DNA of 64,000 nucleotides from Nitrospirota bacterium (GTDB lineage Bacteria; Nitrospirota; Thermodesulfovibrionia; Thermodesulfovibrionales; Dissulfurispiraceae): positions 1,653 through 65,652 of the forward strand of contig JAJYXI010000051.1 of the NCBI GenBank assembly GCA_021791055.1. The letters are read 5' to 3'. Made by a program: the position numbers and the translations under genes. The stretch's first letter is position 1. Each line of letters begins with the position of its first letter. This document shows, piece after piece, positions 1 through 8,612 of the stretch. The notes below the pieces were generated by a model that worked only from the letters and a program-made list of their open reading frames with translations, was not told the DNA's origin and did not search any database.

Positions 1-599
1 CGCTTTCAGAGATCTCACCTGATTTTACTCCGTTCGTGGTCGGGACAGGTTATGCAGCAAGAAAACTCAGAGATGAAAAACTCGATGCTGTCGCCCTTTT
101 TAACATAGACGGGCTTCTCGCACAGCCAGATTTCAGGACATATGAGAGGGCATTTCAGGAGGTCGCACAAATCTCACAGATGGTCAAATCTGACGGCACT
201 ATTTTCTTGCAGTCGTGGAACCCAAGAAATAAAATATTGAGATTTATCAGAAACTACGACTTTCACGGCTTTTACGAGCATGAACTGTCTCAGAGGAAGA
301 TGCTTGATTATCCTCCATTTTCGAGGATGATACTTTTTAATGTCTTTATGAAAAAAGATGTTGAACAGTTTTCATATGACATACAGAAAATTATCGGTGA
401 TACTAATACAAATGGATTAGAACTTTTAGGCCCTATTGAGATACCCTCTTCCCTGAAGTCATATAGACACTGCATCCAGATACTTCTGAAATCAAAGGAC
501 AGAAAGGTTCTGCACTCTGCAGCAGAAAAACTGTTAAGCAAATTTGAAAAATTAAAGGGTGCAAAAATAAATGTGGATGTTGACCCGCTAAAGATATAG
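1..599 (+). CDS. priA: Primosomal protein N' (PriA), 3' part, truncated by window start
   Basis: C-terminal PriA signatures PDFRTYERAFQ, YPPFSR, LLGP, DVDP at the C-terminus; the frame is open from the window edge. Confidence 0.9.
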   Translation, partial: LSEISPDFTPFVVGTGYAARKLRDEKLDAVALFNIDGLLAQPDFRTYERAFQEVAQISQMVKSDGTIFLQSWNPRNKILRFIRNYDFHGFYEHELSQRKMLDYPPFSRMILFNVFMKKDVEQFSYDIQKIIGDTNTNGLELLGPIEIPSSLKSYRHCIQILLKSKDRKVLHSAAEKLLSKFEKLKGAKINVDVDPLKI

Positions 600-1565
600 C
601 CTGTCGCTTCTCTTTGCCAATATCTGCTTTGCCTTCTCTATGTCTTTTCTTATATTTTCTTCAAGCTCGCTGATGCCTGAGAATTTCTTTTCATCCCTTA
701 TCCTGTCGATAAAATGTATCTTTATCTTTTCTCCAAGCAGATTTTTGTCGAAATTAAAGATATGCACTTCATAGCTCATAGGCACATCGCCGAATGTGGG
801 GTTTTTCCCTATATTAGCAACTCCATCGTAAATTTCACATTCTTTCCTCCTGCCTATAGCCTCTTGCCTATTGCCTATTGATACTTTTACAGCATAAACA
901 CCTTCCTTTGGGACAAGTTCATTGGGAGTAGTAATATTTGCAGTCGGCGTATGCAGTAGTGATGCCCCTCTGCCGGCACCTTTTATTACCGTGCCTCCTA
1001 TATGATAAGCCCTGCCGAGCATCCTTGATGCCTCACACACCCTTCCCCTTAAAAGAAGGCTCCGCACCCTGCTGCTGCTCACTATATCATCATATACCTT
1101 TGCATATCTGACAACACTCACGTCGAATCCGTATTTCTTTCCTCTCCTTCTAAGCAGTGCGGTAGTGCCTTTCTTGCCCTTTCCAAAGGCGTAGTTATGA
1201 CCGACGATTACCCACTTAACGCCCAGTTTATTAACAAGTATGTCCCTAACGAAGTCATCGGGGTCTGTCTTTGCAAACTCCTTACTGAAGCCGATGCATA
1301 TGAGAACTTTTATGCCCTCACTTGATATGAGATTTGCCTTGTCTTCAAAGGTTGTGAGTATCTTTAATCCCCTTTCAGGGGCGAGGACACGCACAGGATG
1401 GGGGTCGAATGTTATTGCTATGGGAGTGCCGTTAATTTTCCGTGCCTTTTCCACAACCTTTTTGAATATCTTCTGATGGCCGATGTGAACGCCATCAAAA
1501 TTTCCGATGGTAACAACAGGATTGGGATAATCAAATTTGCCATGCAATTCTCTAATTATTCTCAT
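588..1565 (-). CDS. ribF: Bifunctional riboflavin kinase/FAD synthetase
   Basis: GNFDGVHIGH, TFDPHP, PTAN, NIGKNPTF, EVHIFNF, IRDEKKF motifs. Confidence 0.97.
   Translation of the reverse strand: MRIIRELHGKFDYPNPVVTIGNFDGVHIGHQKIFKKVVEKARKINGTPIAITFDPHPVRVLAPERGLKILTTFEDKANLISSEGIKVLICIGFSKEFAKTDPDDFVRDILVNKLGVKWVIVGHNYAFGKGKKGTTALLRRRGKKYGFDVSVVRYAKVYDDIVSSSRVRSLLLRGRVCEASRMLGRAYHIGGTVIKGAGRGASLLHTPTANITTPNELVPKEGVYAVKVSIGNRQEAIGRRKECEIYDGVANIGKNPTFGDVPMSYEVHIFNFDKNLLGEKIKIHFIDRIRDEKKFSGISELEENIRKDIEKAKQILAKRSDRLYL
851..880. repeat. Intragenic heptamer array (TGCCTAT-type) in ribF
   Basis: tgcctat agcctct tgcctat tgcctat tg, encoding SIGNRQEAIGR; 856-880 is identical to 53512-53536 in murD. 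Confidence 0.85.
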
Positions 1566-2137
1566 AACCTGCTGTAAATTTCCTCTACCTGCCTTCTTGT
1601 ATCCTCGAGGTCTTTACTGTTGTCTATTGCAAAATCAGACTTGCTAATCTTCATTTCTATGGGAAACTGGCTTTTCAGTCTTTTCCTTGCATCATCTTCG
1701 GATATTCCTTTCTCCTTAAGGCGGTTGATGGCAATCTCCTCCGATGTATATACAGTTATTATTTTATCAAACCTGTTCTGATAACCCCTTTCGAATATTA
1801 CAGGCGCCTCCACTATAACAATGGCAGCGGAATCTGTTATTTTAGCAATTTCTTCGTCAACTTTTTTGAAAACCCTTGGGTGCAAGATATTTTCGAGGGA
1901 AATTCTGAGATGGGGATGTTCGAAGACAATTTCAGCAAGCATCCTCTTATTTATCTCATCACCTTCCACAATATCCTCTCCGAATGCCTTTTTTATCTCA
2001 TAAATCACTGCAGGATCTTTAAGTAGTTCCCGAACTATATCGTCTGTATCAATAATGATAGCTCCCAACTCCTTAAACAACCGGGCCACAGTGCTCTTAC
2101 CCATTCCATAATTTCCTGTTAAACCGCCAACTATCAT
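1562..2137 (-). CDS. coaE: Dephospho-CoA kinase
   Basis: GLTGNYGMGKST P-loop, LENILHP, SQFPIE, IDNS. Confidence 0.95.
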   Translation of the reverse strand: MIVGGLTGNYGMGKSTVARLFKELGAIIIDTDDIVRELLKDPAVIYEIKKAFGEDIVEGDEINKRMLAEIVFEHPHLRISLENILHPRVFKKVDEEIAKITDSAAIVIVEAPVIFERGYQNRFDKIITVYTSEEIAINRLKEKGISEDDARKRLKSQFPIEMKISKSDFAIDNSKDLEDTRRQVEEIYSRL

Positions 2138-2228
2138 AACAAGTCACCGCATGCATATTTATTTAAACCCAATTGTGCATTTGTAAAGCTTTTTATCGTA
2201 TGCATACCGACGGTAAATGCATTAGTTA

Positions 2229-4844
2229 TCATAATGACCCCTCTGCCTTTTTCCTCAACTCCAAAAGCTTCTTCAAAGCCTTCTGCGGCGTGAGGGTTTC
2301 CATATCGATATTTAACAATTCCCGTGTAATTGGGTCTCCGGCAAAGAAAAGATCCATCTGTGAAGCGCGGGGCATTAATGTGCTTGATTCCCTTTTTTCG
2401 AGTTTATCTAAAACAGTCTTTGCACCTTCTATAACCTTATCAGGCAGACCTGCAAGCCTTGCAACCTGAATTCCGTAGCTCTTGTCAGCAGACCCCTTCT
2501 CAATCTTTCTCAGGAATATAACTTCATCGCCCCATTCTTTGACAACCACATTGTAATTCTTGACGCCATCTATTGTTAAAGAAATGTCCGTGAGCTCATT
2601 ATAATGCGTTGCAAACAGCGTTCTGGCTTTAATATTGCCTGCAAGATACTCTGCAACTGCCCATGCAATGCTGATGCCGTCAAAGGTGCTTGTCCCCCTG
2701 CCCACCTCATCTAAAAGAATCAAACTTTTTTCGGTTGCATTATTCAAAATATTTGCTGTTTCTATCATCTCAACCATGAATGTGCTCTGTCCCTTTGTGA
2801 TGTAATCCGATGCGCCTATCCTCGTGAATATCCTGTCAACAATCCCTATCCTTGCGCTCTCGGCAGGTACAAAAGAGCCTATCTGAGCCATAAGCACAAT
2901 CAATGCCGTCTGTCGCATATAAGTGGATTTCCCCGCCATATTGGGGCCTGTGATGATCAAAAGCCTGTTTTCATTGCAATCAATATGCGCACTGTTGGGT
3001 ATGAATTTCTCGTCAAGACTCCCGACTCCTGACTCCTGACTCCTGACTCCAAAGAGCCTTTCGATAACGGGATGCCTTCCATCAATTATCTCGATTGCAT
3101 CATCTTCAGCAGTGATAGGCTTTACATAATCATACCTCTTGGCGACAGTTGCCAGAGACAATAGAAAATCGATCATTGCTATCTGTGCCGATGCATCGAG
3201 GAGCTGATTTGTGTATTTCTGCATCTTTTCGAGTATGCTCATGTATATCTCGTATTCGAGCTCCTTAAGCCTGTCTTCTGCACCAAGCACCTTTGTTTCG
3301 TATTCCTTCAAATCCGGAGTGATAAACCTCTCGCAGTTTGCAAGGGTCTGCTTTCTTATGTAATCATCCGGCACGAGATGCCCGCTCTTTAGAAGATTCG
3401 GCTTTGTGACCTCTATGTAATATCCGAATACTTTATTGAAGCCAACCTTTAAGGATGATATGCCTGTCCTCTGCCTCTCTTCCGACTCAAGCCTCGCTAT
3501 AAAATCCTTGCCGCTTGATGAGATACCCCTCAACTCATCAACTTCCTTGCTGAAACCCTTTCTGATTATCCCTCCATCCTTCGGATTAACAGGCGGATTT
3601 TCAACAATGCTGAAGTCTATAAGGTCTTTTAAATCGTGGAATTCAGGGATGTTACTTCCAATCTCATTGATATATGAATTTACCGATGACAGCAGGAGCT
3701 TCTTTATTCTCGGCAGATGCTCGACAGAGTTTTTCAGGGCAATCAAATCCCTCGGGCTTGCGGATTTGGAGATAACCCTTGATGCAAGCCTCTCGATGTC
3801 CTGTATCCTTCTGAATGTCGTTCTCAACTCCTCTGTTAGTCCGTAATCTTCGATTATTGCCTCAACAGCATCCTGCCTTTTTATTATCTCATGAGATGAA
3901 AGCAACGGCTTCGTTATGGCATTTCTCATAAACCTGCCGCCCATCGGCGTAAGGGTCTCGTCCAGAACCCATAGCAGAGAGCCCTCGATAGAACTATTAT
4001 GATATTCGGCCTTTAGATTGTGCAGAAGTTCGAGGTTCCTCTTTGTTGTTGAATCAAGGAACATATACGATGTCTGATTTAAAACAGCAATTTTTTTGAA
4101 GGTCAGTATTTTCTGGGAATCTTCAAGATAGCTTATGAGCGCACCTGCCGCTGAAATGGCAGCATTCATGCCGCTGCAGCCGTATCCGTCAAGGGATGAT
4201 ACCTTAAAATATCTCAGAAGCATCTTATACGACTCTGCGTAATCGAAATACCAGTCATCATAATAAGATATATAGAAGCCTCTAAATGCCTCCTGATAAT
4301 GAAGGTTATCCTCCATGCTTTTAGGACAGAGTATTTCTCTAGGTTCATGCCTGCTTATCTCGTCCTCTATGGGTTTATCTGTCTCATAAACAATAAATTC
4401 GCCTGTCGAGAGATCAGCCACTGTTATACCATTCAGATGCTGATAAGGGAATATGCTCATGATGTATGCGTTTTCCTTGGGCTGTTCAGGGATGTGCGTT
4501 CCGGGAGTTATGACCTTCACAACCTCCCTCTGGATTATTCCTTTTTCTGGACCTTTGTCCAGCTTAGGGTCTTCGACTTGCTCGCATATAGCAACCTTAT
4601 GTCCTGCCTTGATGAGCTTTGAAATATAGCCATCTATAGAGAAGTATGGAACACCGCACATGGGCATGGGGTCATCCTTGCTTTTGTCCCTGCTCGTAAG
4701 GGCTATCTGCAATATATTAGACGCTCTCTTTGCATCCTCGCCGAACATCTCATAGAAATCTCCGAGCCTGAAAAGCACAATGGCATCATGATATTTTTCC
4801 TTAATGCTGAAATACTGCTTCATCAAAGGGGTAAGTTCAGACAC
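2229..4844 (-). CDS. mutS: DNA mismatch repair protein MutS
   Basis: LTPLMKQY, FRLGDFYEMF, TGPNMAGKSTY, DEVGRGTST, ATHY, SYGIQVA; GTG start. Confidence 0.98.
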   Translation of the reverse strand: MSELTPLMKQYFSIKEKYHDAIVLFRLGDFYEMFGEDAKRASNILQIALTSRDKSKDDPMPMCGVPYFSIDGYISKLIKAGHKVAICEQVEDPKLDKGPEKGIIQREVVKVITPGTHIPEQPKENAYIMSIFPYQHLNGITVADLSTGEFIVYETDKPIEDEISRHEPREILCPKSMEDNLHYQEAFRGFYISYYDDWYFDYAESYKMLLRYFKVSSLDGYGCSGMNAAISAAGALISYLEDSQKILTFKKIAVLNQTSYMFLDSTTKRNLELLHNLKAEYHNSSIEGSLLWVLDETLTPMGGRFMRNAITKPLLSSHEIIKRQDAVEAIIEDYGLTEELRTTFRRIQDIERLASRVISKSASPRDLIALKNSVEHLPRIKKLLLSSVNSYINEIGSNIPEFHDLKDLIDFSIVENPPVNPKDGGIIRKGFSKEVDELRGISSSGKDFIARLESEERQRTGISSLKVGFNKVFGYYIEVTKPNLLKSGHLVPDDYIRKQTLANCERFITPDLKEYETKVLGAEDRLKELEYEIYMSILEKMQKYTNQLLDASAQIAMIDFLLSLATVAKRYDYVKPITAEDDAIEIIDGRHPVIERLFGVRSQESGVGSLDEKFIPNSAHIDCNENRLLIITGPNMAGKSTYMRQTALIVLMAQIGSFVPAESARIGIVDRIFTRIGASDYITKGQSTFMVEMIETANILNNATEKSLILLDEVGRGTSTFDGISIAWAVAEYLAGNIKARTLFATHYNELTDISLTIDGVKNYNVVVKEWGDEVIFLRKIEKGSADKSYGIQVARLAGLPDKVIEGAKTVLDKLEKRESSTLMPRASQMDLFFAGDPITRELLNIDMETLTPQKALKKLLELRKKAEGSL
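3017..3050. repeat. Intragenic heptamer array (GACTCCT)~5 in mutS
   Basis: gactccc gactcct gactcct gactcct gactcc, encoding GVRSQESGVGS between GRHPVIE and FIPN. Confidence 0.9.
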
Positions 4845-4884
4845 GCTTTAACCTCTCAGCTAAAATTTATAACTTGCAATTATA

Positions 4885-5469
4885 CTACATACAGGGCAGA
4901 TAAACCCAAACCCGCCCTTCAGTCCTTGATTCTGTAATCCTTCGCACAAGTTTCTTCTTATAAAGGTTCAATAACCTCGTCCCGCTTGTGTTTGCAGGGA
5001 GATTCAATTCATCTGAAAGCTCGCCTGCTGTAATCTTGCCTTTGCTGAATATCAGATTAATAGTTTCCTGTAGGTAGTTATGGAGCGTGCCAATAATGGT
5101 TCTCCTTCCATCCTTCATTTCAGCCATTACAGCAAGGTCTTTCCTCTCAAGGGCAACCTCAATGTTCTCCTTCTGGTTTTCGTTCAACCCTTTCAAAACA
5201 ATATATTTGTCCCCATATTCACCGCTTACGAGCCTTGATATGAGCTTTGCCACAATCTCATCAGCGCACGAATAATCAATCACGCCAATTTTTGAGAAAT
5301 CGAGGGCGATGACTTCGCCATCCTTTTCATCCGCAATATCCTGCTCAATGCGCTCCCGTATCGCCTGCCCTGACTGCCTCGTAACAAGGTCAGACGAGCC
5401 GTTTTTAAGCTCTTCCTTGAGGAGTTTATAAAGGTTGTAGGTTGTCATACTGAAATTCATATCTCTCAA
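4885..5469 (-). CDS. STAS-like (DUF4325-type) domain plus C-terminal winged-HTH protein
   Basis: IALDFSKIGVIDYSCADE STAS-like segment with conserved Ser; C-terminal ITAGELSDELNLPANTSGTRLLNLYKKKLV wHTH. Confidence 0.65.
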   Translation of the reverse strand: MRDMNFSMTTYNLYKLLKEELKNGSSDLVTRQSGQAIRERIEQDIADEKDGEVIALDFSKIGVIDYSCADEIVAKLISRLVSGEYGDKYIVLKGLNENQKENIEVALERKDLAVMAEMKDGRRTIIGTLHNYLQETINLIFSKGKITAGELSDELNLPANTSGTRLLNLYKKKLVRRITESRTEGRVWVYLPCM

Positions 5470-5924
5470 TGAATAATGTTCGGTCCTTTTATTAGCCTTA
5501 AATTGCTTAATCCGTTCTCTTCAAATTCTTTTCCATACGCATCAAGAAAAGGCTGCTCCTTGTTAATTCTTTCCTCAAGCTCCATTTTTCTGACAGTATC
5601 CTCACCATATTTTTCTATCAAATCCCTCTCTGCCATCCTGTACATTAATTCATCCCAGAATGTGTCATTATCATATTCATCAATAAGTTCCTCAACACCG
5701 GACTCGTCTATAAATTCTCCTGTCAGGAAAAACATTTTGAGATCTTCATCGTATTCGACAGAATCATCCATCCCTAAATCCTTGCAAAAAGACAGGATAT
5801 ACTGCTCAAGTTCATCAAACTCCTCAATCCTGTCATCAGTGCGATGGGCATTAGCCATCCAAGTGCCGAGGTGAAGAAGCTTAATAAGTGTCTTATACTG
5901 TTTTTTTGTAATGTTAATCTTCAT
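5466..5924 (-). CDS. Hypothetical acidic protein
   Basis: 152-aa ORF with RBS (ggggaa), overlapping the next gene by ATGA. Confidence 0.7.
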   Translation of the reverse strand: MKINITKKQYKTLIKLLHLGTWMANAHRTDDRIEEFDELEQYILSFCKDLGMDDSVEYDEDLKMFFLTGEFIDESGVEELIDEYDNDTFWDELMYRMAERDLIEKYGEDTVRKMELEERINKEQPFLDAYGKEFEENGLSNLRLIKGPNIIH

Positions 5925-5938
5925 AAATTCCCCCTATT

Positions 5939-6187
5939 TTATTCTTCTAAAAGTTGCCATTCTGCATAGCCGTCCTTCCTCTCAATGAGTTTTTTGCCTT
6001 TGAAAATTACCTTCTTAATCGTTGGGTGAGTCTTAACAGTGGTATAAGCCCGCACAAGATTAGCAATCGTGGCCTCCTGAAATATAAGCTCCGTGCCGTC
6101 CTGAAGGACTATCGTAGTTCTCAGATGCTTATGCCCCTCAGGGATCTCGGCAATCAATTCCTTTATGTCTTCGTTGCGGAGAATCAT
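5939..6187 (-). CDS. Small conserved-looking hypothetical protein
   Basis: 82-aa ORF tightly packed in an operon-like minus-strand array. Confidence 0.65.
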   Translation of the reverse strand: MILRNEDIKELIAEIPEGHKHLRTTIVLQDGTELIFQEATIANLVRAYTTVKTHPTIKKVIFKGKKLIERKDGYAEWQLLEE

Positions 6188-6189
6188 TA

Positions 6190-6762
6190 TTATTTTTTCC
6201 TAACCTGCTGGCGCGCTTGATAAAGTTTTTCTGTAAATCCGCCTTCTTTTAGGAATTGCTTTTCCAGTTGCCGCAATTGCTGATCAAGAAGATAATTTGC
6301 CTGATTAATCAGGCAAATAAGAGTATTAGCAGCAACTTCAGAACTTCCTTCAATATAGGTCTTATAAGTCATATACGACCTATTTTTTTCCCAAGCAAGT
6401 TTTCTGATAGATTGCGCCTGCGGATGATTTTTCTCCCAAAGCAGCAGCCCTCGCTGACGCAAAAAATCATGATAGTCGAGCAGCAGTTCTTCCAGGCTTG
6501 CACGGGCTACACCTATTAGTTTTAGTTCGCTCTTCTTTGAAGTGCCTGATACCATGCTGCCTTCGGCAATATTCTGCTTGCCGCTGCGCGCTGCCTGTAC
6601 CATCTGGTCATAAGTGCGCGAACGTTTGTCAATAAAGCGATCACAAAATGCAATTGTGGCATCATAGATGATCTCAGCAGTCTGATAGGACTTCAGATTG
6701 CGGTATCCTCCATGAGGAGGGATAATATCAGGTTTTGACTTTTCGTTCTTTTCATCTATCAT
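6190..6762 (-). CDS. Four-helix-bundle protein (23S-IVS/Avd-like) with four-helix-bundle suffix domain
   Basis: GGYRNLKSYQ, RTYDQMVQAARSGKQNIAEGS, VARASLEELLLDY, C-terminal FLKEGGFTEKLY. Confidence 0.88.
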   Translation of the reverse strand: MIDEKNEKSKPDIIPPHGGYRNLKSYQTAEIIYDATIAFCDRFIDKRSRTYDQMVQAARSGKQNIAEGSMVSGTSKKSELKLIGVARASLEELLLDYHDFLRQRGLLLWEKNHPQAQSIRKLAWEKNRSYMTYKTYIEGSSEVAANTLICLINQANYLLDQQLRQLEKQFLKEGGFTEKLYQARQQVRKK

Positions 6763-7025
6763 ATTTGAGCTTTTGCAAGCGTCTTAGATTTTTTTTGTAA
6801 TTTAACTGCTTCATTCAAGGCAAGAGTGATTGCTTCATGCCAATCTATATAGTCGCCGATTTTATCCTCAACAATCTTCAACTCATTACGATTTAATTTT
6901 CTGCCTAACTCCTCTTCAGCAACAGTTTGAACATCTTCAATGTTGATGGAATAAATAACTTTTAAGGGTTTCATATCATTTCCTAAATAAAGTGTCCCAT
7001 TTATTATGTATTCTCTTCTTTTCAT
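6759..7025 (-). CDS. Small hypothetical protein
   Basis: 88-aa ORF coupled to both neighbours by ATGA overlaps. Confidence 0.65.
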   Translation of the reverse strand: MKRREYIINGTLYLGNDMKPLKVIYSINIEDVQTVAEEELGRKLNRNELKIVEDKIGDYIDWHEAITLALNEAVKLQKKSKTLAKAQI

Positions 7026-7804
7026 TGACGCTTATAACGCGCAAAATACTCATCAATTTCAGGTCGCAATTCAATGCCAACACGCTCAAAAATATCAAGT
7101 AGTTGTTGATATGAACCTTGACCACCAAGAAAGTCCCAAAACTCTTCTGCAACTTTCAGTTCGTTTTGTAGGTCTAACATTCCGCGCATTGTCCAACGAT
7201 TATACGGTTGTGGGGCATACGGATTGTAAGGAATTGCAATTATAGTTTGAACATTAGTGCTTGGGCTCTCGGCTAATACTGCTGCAACCCACTCTAAAAG
7301 TGTTCTCTTAAATTCTTTAAAGCCTCCTACATTAGGTTTTGCTGTTTTAATATCAAAAAGATAAATAGTCCCATCATGAGCAATAAGTTTAATATCAACC
7401 TTTGTAAGTCTCACTGTCCTCATCTGCCCTTGCTGACAAACAGTTCTTATGGCTTCTATTTCAGCAGGCTTATTAGGATTAGAATTTGCTGTTGCAAGCT
7501 TATCCATAATGTTTTGAATGACATTATGAGCTTCAGAACTAATTTTTGTTCCTGCCACTTGTTGCGATAATGCGCTCTGAAAGTTTGCTGATGCTAATGC
7601 TTTTGCAACCGGCTCAAAAATGCTTGTACCAAAATTAGTATTAAGAGAGTGAATAAATGAAAACAGCGCCATTCTATCTTTCCCAAGTAGTCTTGTATGA
7701 AAAGGCATTGATGCAGGCTCTGGATTGTAGTTTTGAAATTTATTCCGCAAGCTGTTTTTTAAAACAGTTTCAACATTTAAAATTTGCTTTTCAGTAAGTG
7801 CCAT
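7022..7804 (-). CDS. Type II restriction endonuclease, TdeIII/MjaII family
   Basis: MPFHTRLLG..FSFIHSLNTNFGTSIFE, D..DIKTAKPN PD-(D/E)xK-like core, IPYNPY, FWDFLGG; adjacent to a MTase. Confidence 0.85.
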   Translation of the reverse strand: MALTEKQILNVETVLKNSLRNKFQNYNPEPASMPFHTRLLGKDRMALFSFIHSLNTNFGTSIFEPVAKALASANFQSALSQQVAGTKISSEAHNVIQNIMDKLATANSNPNKPAEIEAIRTVCQQGQMRTVRLTKVDIKLIAHDGTIYLFDIKTAKPNVGGFKEFKRTLLEWVAAVLAESPSTNVQTIIAIPYNPYAPQPYNRWTMRGMLDLQNELKVAEEFWDFLGGQGSYQQLLDIFERVGIELRPEIDEYFARYKRQ

Positions 7805-7805
7805 A

Positions 7806-8612
7806 TTATTTCACATTAATAAGTTTTGAAAATCCATCCCAAATCTTCTTCTTATTTTTCTTTCCATAATTTTCAAAAATATGAAGCAATTCACTATATG
7901 TTGAGCTACTTTTACCAAGGAAGTTCCAAAATACTTCATGAACCTTCATATCACCAGCAGGGTCAAAATAATTTAAAACCTTAGGATTTTTATAAGGCTT
8001 TGGATGTTTGTTGTTGTAATAAATTCCAATGATTGAGTCAACTTTTTGGGTTTTGTGCTGATAATATCCCCAAGCCAATGCAGACAGAAGTCTTCTTTTA
8101 GCACCAGGGACTTCTGTTGTGTTTGGGTCTGGTCCTTTCATTTCAAGAAAATAATAGTGCTTTTTTGAATTATCATATAACCTCAGGTCGAATTCATATT
8201 TATGTTTTTCTATTTTTTTCGATGGATTATCACAGGCATTAAATATTTCATTCTTTTCTTTAAGATAGTTTGGATGAAATTTTACATTACTTAAACCATT
8301 CATTATTGAATCAATTTTTTGAAAAACATTTTGAGGCAAAGCGACATCAAGTCGCGATTTTCTTATAACGTTTTCTTTACCCCATGTTTCAATAGCAATT
8401 ATTTCAGCAATTATTTCCATCTCATTGCCGAGAGATGTTTTTAACCCATGAATTCGATGAAGCAATGGTTCAAAGTCTTTCAGAATGGCCATCACGAATG
8501 GATTGCCAGAGTTAGCACCAGAAGAATTAATAGCCTTCTGCAAATATTTTTTAACTACTAAGTCAATTTGTTTTATAATTTGCTTTTTTGCTTTTACTGA
8601 AATTGCTGGCAT
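7806..8612 (-). CDS. Second putative PD-(D/E)xK restriction endonuclease, distant TdeIII-like paralog
   Basis: NPF..IHGLKTSLG..E, FDL..LEMKGPDPN, YYN, FWNFLG motifs parallel those of the neighbour; TAATG-coupled to the MTase. Confidence 0.65.
   Translation of the reverse strand: MPAISVKAKKQIIKQIDLVVKKYLQKAINSSGANSGNPFVMAILKDFEPLLHRIHGLKTSLGNEMEIIAEIIAIETWGKENVIRKSRLDVALPQNVFQKIDSIMNGLSNVKFHPNYLKEKNEIFNACDNPSKKIEKHKYEFDLRLYDNSKKHYYFLEMKGPDPNTTEVPGAKRRLLSALAWGYYQHKTQKVDSIIGIYYNNKHPKPYKNPKVLNYFDPAGDMKVHEVFWNFLGKSSSTYSELLHIFENYGKKNKKKIWDGFSKLINVK

Noticed and set aside
3017..3050. Phase variation of mutS or mur genes by the heptamer arrays
   Set aside because: All frames are intact, arrays are short and often degenerate, and most host genes are essential; ON/OFF switching is unsupported without read data.
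6190..6762. Diversity-generating retroelement suggested by the Avd-like gene
   Set aside because: No reverse transcriptase and no TR/VR pair seen in the window; the GNAT duplication does not show adenine-specific divergence.
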